Assembly (NCBI RefSeq): GCF_001194135.2
Contig: NC_068981.1
Coordinates: forward strand, 60,996,070-61,036,889
Source of the DNA: Octopus bimaculoides
Taxonomy: Eukaryota
Reading direction: 5' to 3'
DNA: 40,820 nt
The position numbers were made by a program, and so were the translations under genes. The first letter of the stretch is position 1. Each line of letters starts with the position of its first letter. A model generated the notes under the pieces. It was not told where the DNA came from, made no database searches, and was given only the letters and a program-made list of their open reading frames with translations. Positions 35,410 to 40,820 of the stretch are shown here, in pieces.

Positions 35410-35530
35410 TCTATAAAACTATTAAAGAGAATTTGTTTGTGTTTGTGTGCGTATGTTCCTGATGCATTCCAAAACCGAGTTGCCGATTTTGACGTAACGG
35501 GAATCAAGAGATTCAGTAAGGTTTTGGCTA
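35410..35530 (+). mobile_element. Possible non-autonomous Helitron 5' end
   Basis: A then TC start (35409-11), tctataaaactattaaagag, (GT/GTTT) stretch, then aaaccgagttgccgatttt, the layout of Helitron-N 5' ends. Confidence 0.4.
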
Positions 35531-35998
35531 CCAACTAAACTATATTTTCATTCACAAATTTGCATTACAAAATTTTGATATTATCATTTTTCTTTTAGAC
35601 ACCCATCGCAGACAACATTTTATATCACCACCACAGTAACAACGACGTCACATTTTCTATATGTTTGTGTTCGAACGTTCGTTACCTACGTTAGGCTGAT
35701 GACTGAGAAGTAGACAAGTATACGTGTATTACGGTGTATGCGTCTGTTCGAATACATACATTTTTGTGACGATTAACACACACACACACACACACATCCA
35801 TATACAGACACAGACAGACACAGGGACAGAGATAGACTTCAGGTGTGTGTTAATGCACACGTGTGTGTCTCTTAGTTTGTGTATGTAATTTACCCACCCC
35901 CAACAGTGAAACGCGCATTTATTGAAAGTTTACTTCCTGCTTCTACTTCTAACAAACAACAACGTTCACTTTCAAGGTCTAACATCATGTGTATATGC

Positions 35999-36051
<53 letters not shown>

Positions 36052-36569
36052 CGCACGTGTCTGTTTGTACCAATATGCCATTAATCTAATAATAAAGGTT
36101 TTTCAATTGTAACAGAATAAATAGGGATTTTCCATTGTATCAAGAATGTTAATGTGTAAGTATACTAACGAAATTGAATATTCAGCGATTATTATATGTT
36201 TCTATATTTTTGTCTTTTTTTGTTCTTTTAAGTATACTTTTCTTGTTTTTTTGCTTTTAAACTGTCTAGCATTTTAAAATTTGATTTGATATTCATTTCT
36301 ATTAATATTCTCTTTCGAGTGGGAATATATTTTATAACATATACATAAAATAATTCCTACATAAAAATAGCTTAGAGTGCCTTTTACTTTCATATCTCGT
36401 AATTGAAATGAAAGTGAAATGAAAGAAAATGTAGCAGAAACGACAAAGAATCGTTTGTTTACAGGGACGAGAAGAGCATCTGTATAAATAGACCCAGATT
36501 AAACCACGATATGAATGAGTAAAATAAACGCGTGAATATTAACGCACGACTCCTTTCTCTTTCACTCTG

Positions 36570-36650
<81 letters not shown>
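36570..36650. repeat. (CT)n microsatellite
   Basis: Direct inspection. Confidence 0.98.
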
Positions 36651-36652
<2 letters not shown>

Positions 36653-36667
36653 ACACATATATATATA

Positions 36668-36777
36668 CCTTGCCGAAATGTCACTATCAACATCATTCTT
36701 ATATAAGAATAATTATATATTTATATACGTAATTATTCTTATATAAGAATGATGTTGATAGTGACATTGCGGCAAGG
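36668..36777. mobile_element. 110-bp foldback MITE flanked by TA
   Basis: Arms 36668-36715 and 36730-36777 (48 bp, one mismatch), 14-nt spacer, TA at 36666-67 and 36778-79; each arm contains the 16-bp palindrome attcttatataagaat. Confidence 0.85.
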
Positions 36778-36899
36778 TAACTGCGATGCATTAGAATTAG
36801 TCTTAACTTCATATAGTCTCCGTTGAGTTAAAATAATCTTTAGTTGTTAAGATTTGAATGGGGTGCTAATTAAGTTTTTGTAATCGGTTGTTTCGAAGT

Positions 36900-39110
36900 G
36901 GTGTTTTGGAAATGTCCCTCGCAACATGGCAATATACAAATAAAATCATAGACAAATTCTCACCAAAAATAAAAACAAAACAATCACTCTATCGATGGAA
37001 TAATGCCTACGAATTAATAGATGTTTCGTTCAACAGAATCCCGAACGAATGCTATGTCTTCCAGCTTGACATAAAAGACTATTATGTGTCAATAACAAAC
37101 CTATCCCTATAGCTAATTCGAACTTTGTTAAAACCATCACTACAATAAACGATACGAAATAGAAATACCGCAAGCAAGAAAATTGCTCGTCTTCCACAGC
37201 AATACCTTCTGAATTAAGAAAACACTAAAAGCATTTGATGTAAGAATGGGATCAAAGGACTTGGCAGTAATAAGCGAGATCATGGGCCATTACGTATTAG
37301 AAAACTTACACAACTAGTTTCCATACGCTCCAGGTGTTCCCTGCAGTGACGACGGTTTACTACTACTAAGTAAATGCTGATTAATTTAGGATTTACACCA
37401 GTTTTCCCAAAACTTGAGCTTCTCAATCACAGAAGAAACAAAACTAAAATCAGTCAATCTTCCAACTGTTAACTTCTGCTTGGAATCAAATATCTATAAA
37501 CCATACAAAAAACATAATGAAAACATTCAGTATAAATATACATATGAACACTCCAAAAGCATTATCATGAACCAAGTAAAAATATATCCCTCAAACTTTC
37601 CTATTTTTCTTCAAATGAAAAACTACTTACCAAAAGAACAACCCCATATAACGAAGCTCTCAGTTACAAAGAAAAAGTGCAATATACGAGGGGGCACGCA
37701 AGAGAAACCAGAATTTTGCAATATTATTTTATACAATTAGTTTCACATGTTTACACTTTTATGACCTTTAAAGTATTTTCCTTTTGAAGCAACGTATCGG
37801 TCCAGAGGCGTTGTCATTGTTCCAAGAAGTGCTTTTTAACGCCTCTGTTGTTTTTTTTTCTTCACATCCTCCACATATCCGAATTCCGTAGCACCAGCTT
37901 TCATCACCAGTGATGAGCTTCTAAAAGACGTCCGTATCAACTTCCAACTGTTCTTTCAGTTCACGGTACGCATTTAGTAGTGACTGATTTTAAATCTCTT
38001 GTGAGCAAGGGAGGCACAGTTATTGCTGCACCGCTTTTCTTTGCAATTCCAAGCCCAAAATTGAGAGGAGCTCCAGGACACACCAATTATATCAACAATT
38101 TTGTCAGGTTTTCAGTGACGGCCCACCAAAGTGGGTTCATGAATTTTCACGATGTTTTCATTCATTACTGAAGTCAAAAGTGGCCCTGAAGTGGGGTGGT
38201 CTTCAAGCGACAAGTAAAGAATGAAAACAACTCATAAACTTATGTTTTGTTCATAGCAGCGTCCTTTTAAGGTGTCTGATGCACGACAACTGGTTTTGCC
38301 GCAGTTTTCCCCAACAGAAAACAATATTTCACAGAAGAACGCTCTTCATTTTTTTCAGCCATTGCAAAAATCGATGAACAACGGAGATGCATTGCAAAAC
38401 AAACACGCATTGCCTGGCAGTACGAGATCAACAAGTGAGGACGCCGGTTGGCAGACTGAGGTCTGATGGTCATATGAAGTGGTTTGCAGCTTGGAAAGCC
38501 GGAATTACAAAGGACTTATCCCACAGAGAACGTTTCCTCATTTAAACAGTAATCTTCCCACCAGAAATAATATACGTAGGAAAATTATCTGGTATAATCC
38601 CGCCTTGAACATACAAGTCTTCACACCTTAACTAAATCATGTTTGAAAATAATTCTGAAAATGTCTACAACAACCTGCAGTATTACAAAGAGATACATAA
38701 ACACAACATAAAATTGTCATACTCAGTTATCACTAACTTTGACAAAACTCCAGACAACTACAAATACCAAACACAGTCTAAAATTTTAAACCGACACAAG
38801 TAACAACTATGATTGGGGAACACCATCCTGTCCTCTAGAAGGAAAGTCTGTCACAAAATGTCGTATATAGCGCAACGGTAAACACAAATATGACACCAAC
38901 TACTCTATGTACATAGGATTTACCGCAAATGAAAAGCCACTATGCAAACATATGGCAATAAAAATCAAGGAAAAAATTCTCTCACCCACACAACCATACC
39001 AAGATAGTAACAAACTCTTGTATAGATGAATCCCACATTATTCTAACATTCCTGAACCGAAACTCTGAACAAGTCTTTTCAGACCAATAATCTTTTCTAA
39101 AGGCTAAACA
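36900..39110 (+). mobile_element. Penelope-like element (RT + GIY-YIG), decayed, split by a mariner
   Basis: FQLDIKDYYVSI, FDVRMGSKD..EIMGHYVL, DDGL; after the insert RKIIWYNP, CPLEGK..VVYSATV, MYIGFT, LNRNSE. Different family from the PLE at 7370-8150. Confidence 0.85.
37685..38540 (-). mobile_element. Internally deleted mariner (same family as 32783-34078) nested in the PLE
   Basis: TIR tacgagggggcacgcaagagaaaccagaat at about 37685; MAEKNEERSSVKYCFLLGKTAA; shares gtgtgtcctggagctcct and cgtgaactgaaagaacagttggaa with the 32783 copy; jumps from ITGDESWCYG to the C-terminus; outer part of the other TIR not visible. Confidence 0.9.
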
Positions 39111-40000
39111 CGATCAAATCTCACCACCTTTTCTCCAGTCATCTACCTCATAAAACATCACTCTAATATAAAGTAAAAACTACACTCGTACCAGCTTTAC
39201 ACTTTTGCACCAACAACGTACTCTAGAAATTATCTAATCTTCTTATCTCCAATTATCTATCTGCTTATCCCCAAGATAGCCACAAAAGTATTTTTTTAAT
39301 CAGACTACACAAACCTTCATACGCACATATAAAATGTACACTTGTATGCAAGTAAACAGAAAGCACCGTTTCGTTTATCTTTACATTTCATTTATTGAAT
39401 TATATTATGTATTTGTTCTCCTTTATATAAATGAACATATACGCACCTTTTACAGTAGTCCTACTTTATCAAATATCTCGAACACAATTTGAAAATTTTG
39501 ATAAATTCACACCAAACTCTATCTCCACAAAACAGGATGTTTAACCCTCTATATACTAATGAAATTGCTTGTAGAACAATAGACACCTAAAGGGAAACAT
39601 ATCAACGTATCAACATAGAACCTCTACACATATACATTTGTGAACATGAAAGCGGAAGTAAAACACTTTTCTATAATAACAAAGCCATGACATGTCTGAC
39701 TAAGGAACACAGCTTTACGAATGAAGACGGGAAATACCATAAAAAACAACTACAAGAAGTATAGACAGTCCAGCCTAAACTTATCACCTACCTACATTAT
39801 TGTGTAAAAAAAAAAAGGTTAACGCCCAATTGCCAAGTGCTTAACTTATGGACATTTCGCCATTGATTAAATCCAGTAATGCCAAAATCAAGAAAGCTAT
39901 TGTCGTACTTTGTACATACATAACTAAAGAGAAACACTCAACGGCTTGTTTGGAAAGTCCTACAAGCATGAATCCATTCTAAACATTGACATAGTCCCAA

Positions 40001-40235
40001 AAGCCGGTGAGCTGGCAAAAACGTTAGCACGCTGGGCGAAATGCTTAGCGTTATTTCGTCTGCCGATACTTTCTGAGTTCAAATTCCGCCGAGGTCTACT
40101 TTGCCTTACATCATTTCGAGGTCGATTAATTAAGTACCAGTTACGCACTGGGGTCGATGTAATCGCCTTAATCCCTTTGTCTGTCCTTGTTTGTTCCTTC
40201 TATGTTTAGCCCATCGTGAGCAATAAAGAAATAAG
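40001..40235 (+). mobile_element. tRNA-derived SINE, near full length
   Basis: A-box region tggcaaaaacgttag (about 40013-27), B box gagttcaaattcc (40075-87), body tttgccttacatcatttcgaggtcgattaattaagtaccag resembling a Deu/Nin-type core (from recall), tail aataaagaaataag. Confidence 0.85.
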
Positions 40236-40482
40236 TAATATAGTCCCAAAATATATTCCCGTAACTATCAACCACTAACTCTCATTAGTTCTATTAGGCA
40301 AGTCCAATGAGTCGCTTAATCTTCCAAGTAGTCCTCTACTTTTTCCCTTTGCAAAACATCCTATCACTAATTACTATATAAGCCCTGATAACATTATTAT
40401 AGTATGTGATACTGTAGGAACTAATCTTCTATTTAGTTTTATCTAGTGTAACTCTTTGCGATTATGAGATTACGATTGTATA

Positions 40483-40504
40483 TCTATATATATAAAAATG
40501 AGAA

Positions 40505-40535
<31 letters not shown>

Positions 40536-40820
40536 GTGAATCCCTAAAACTCGAGAACTACGCAACCAATTTCATTCAAATTTTACACATGCCTTACTTA
40601 GGGTTCCAGTTGTGTTTTAGTCAAATTTTTTTTAACTTCTTGCAGTGTTCGAGCACACGGCAACATAATATCTCCTCCACTATTTAAGTATTACGTGTCG
40701 AAAGTGAAACAAAAACACTCATGTCAAATACTTTCACTTTAAAAATGAAACTATTCCACTAACTGAAACAATCACATTTCGATACTGTAATGACAGATAC
40801 TTTCACAGAGAGAGAAAGAC
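40483..40820 (+). mobile_element. Non-autonomous Helitron (Lep1-like) 5' portion, runs off the window
   Basis: A then TC start, tctatatatataaaaatg, (GTCT)n 40510-40533, ctaaaactcgagaac; this layout matches Helitron-N 5' ends as I recall them. Confidence 0.7.

Noticed and set aside
35696-35730. CUGAUGA motif as a hammerhead core (also 11257 inside the mariner)
   Set aside because: No downstream stem II plus GAAA; expected by chance or part of transposase codons.
1-40820. CRISPR arrays, rRNA, operon-like or host multi-exon gene structure
   Set aside because: No regular repeat-spacer array, no rRNA-like sequence, and no set of phase-compatible exons found; small exons could be missed by eye.

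Overview
AT-rich, microsatellite-dense eukaryotic DNA with six N gaps and no host protein-coding gene that I can support. The repeat content (tRNA-derived SINEs, RTE, RLE-type and Penelope retroelements, many mariners, (TA)n/(CA)n/(ATAC)n/(CT)n arrays) resembles an Octopus/coleoid cephalopod genome; this is inference from recalled repeat families. Almost every ORF in the supplied track is a decayed transposon fragment or a microsatellite/gap artefact. Recognisable elements: a full-length TIR-flanked Hsmar1-like mariner (10977-12218), further mariners (3994, 16148, 32783, 37685), three DD37D (maT-type) copies, a pogo/Tigger remnant, a near full-length RTE LINE ending in three C2H2 fingers (22200-25394) plus a second triple-finger tail, two Penelope-like elements, RLE-type LINE fragments, SINEs and Helitron-type ends. 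Best leads: three hammerhead-ribozyme-like cores (one structurally complete with an A6U core change, one lying behind a tRNA-type Pol III head at the 3' end of a Penelope element), a 110-bp TA-flanked near-perfect foldback, a mariner made of two inward-facing 5' ends, and an unrecognised decayed coding-like segment (1284-2014, minus) next to a perfect 12-bp hairpin. Translations and alignments were done by eye; element boundaries are approximate unless a TIR/TSD is quoted.
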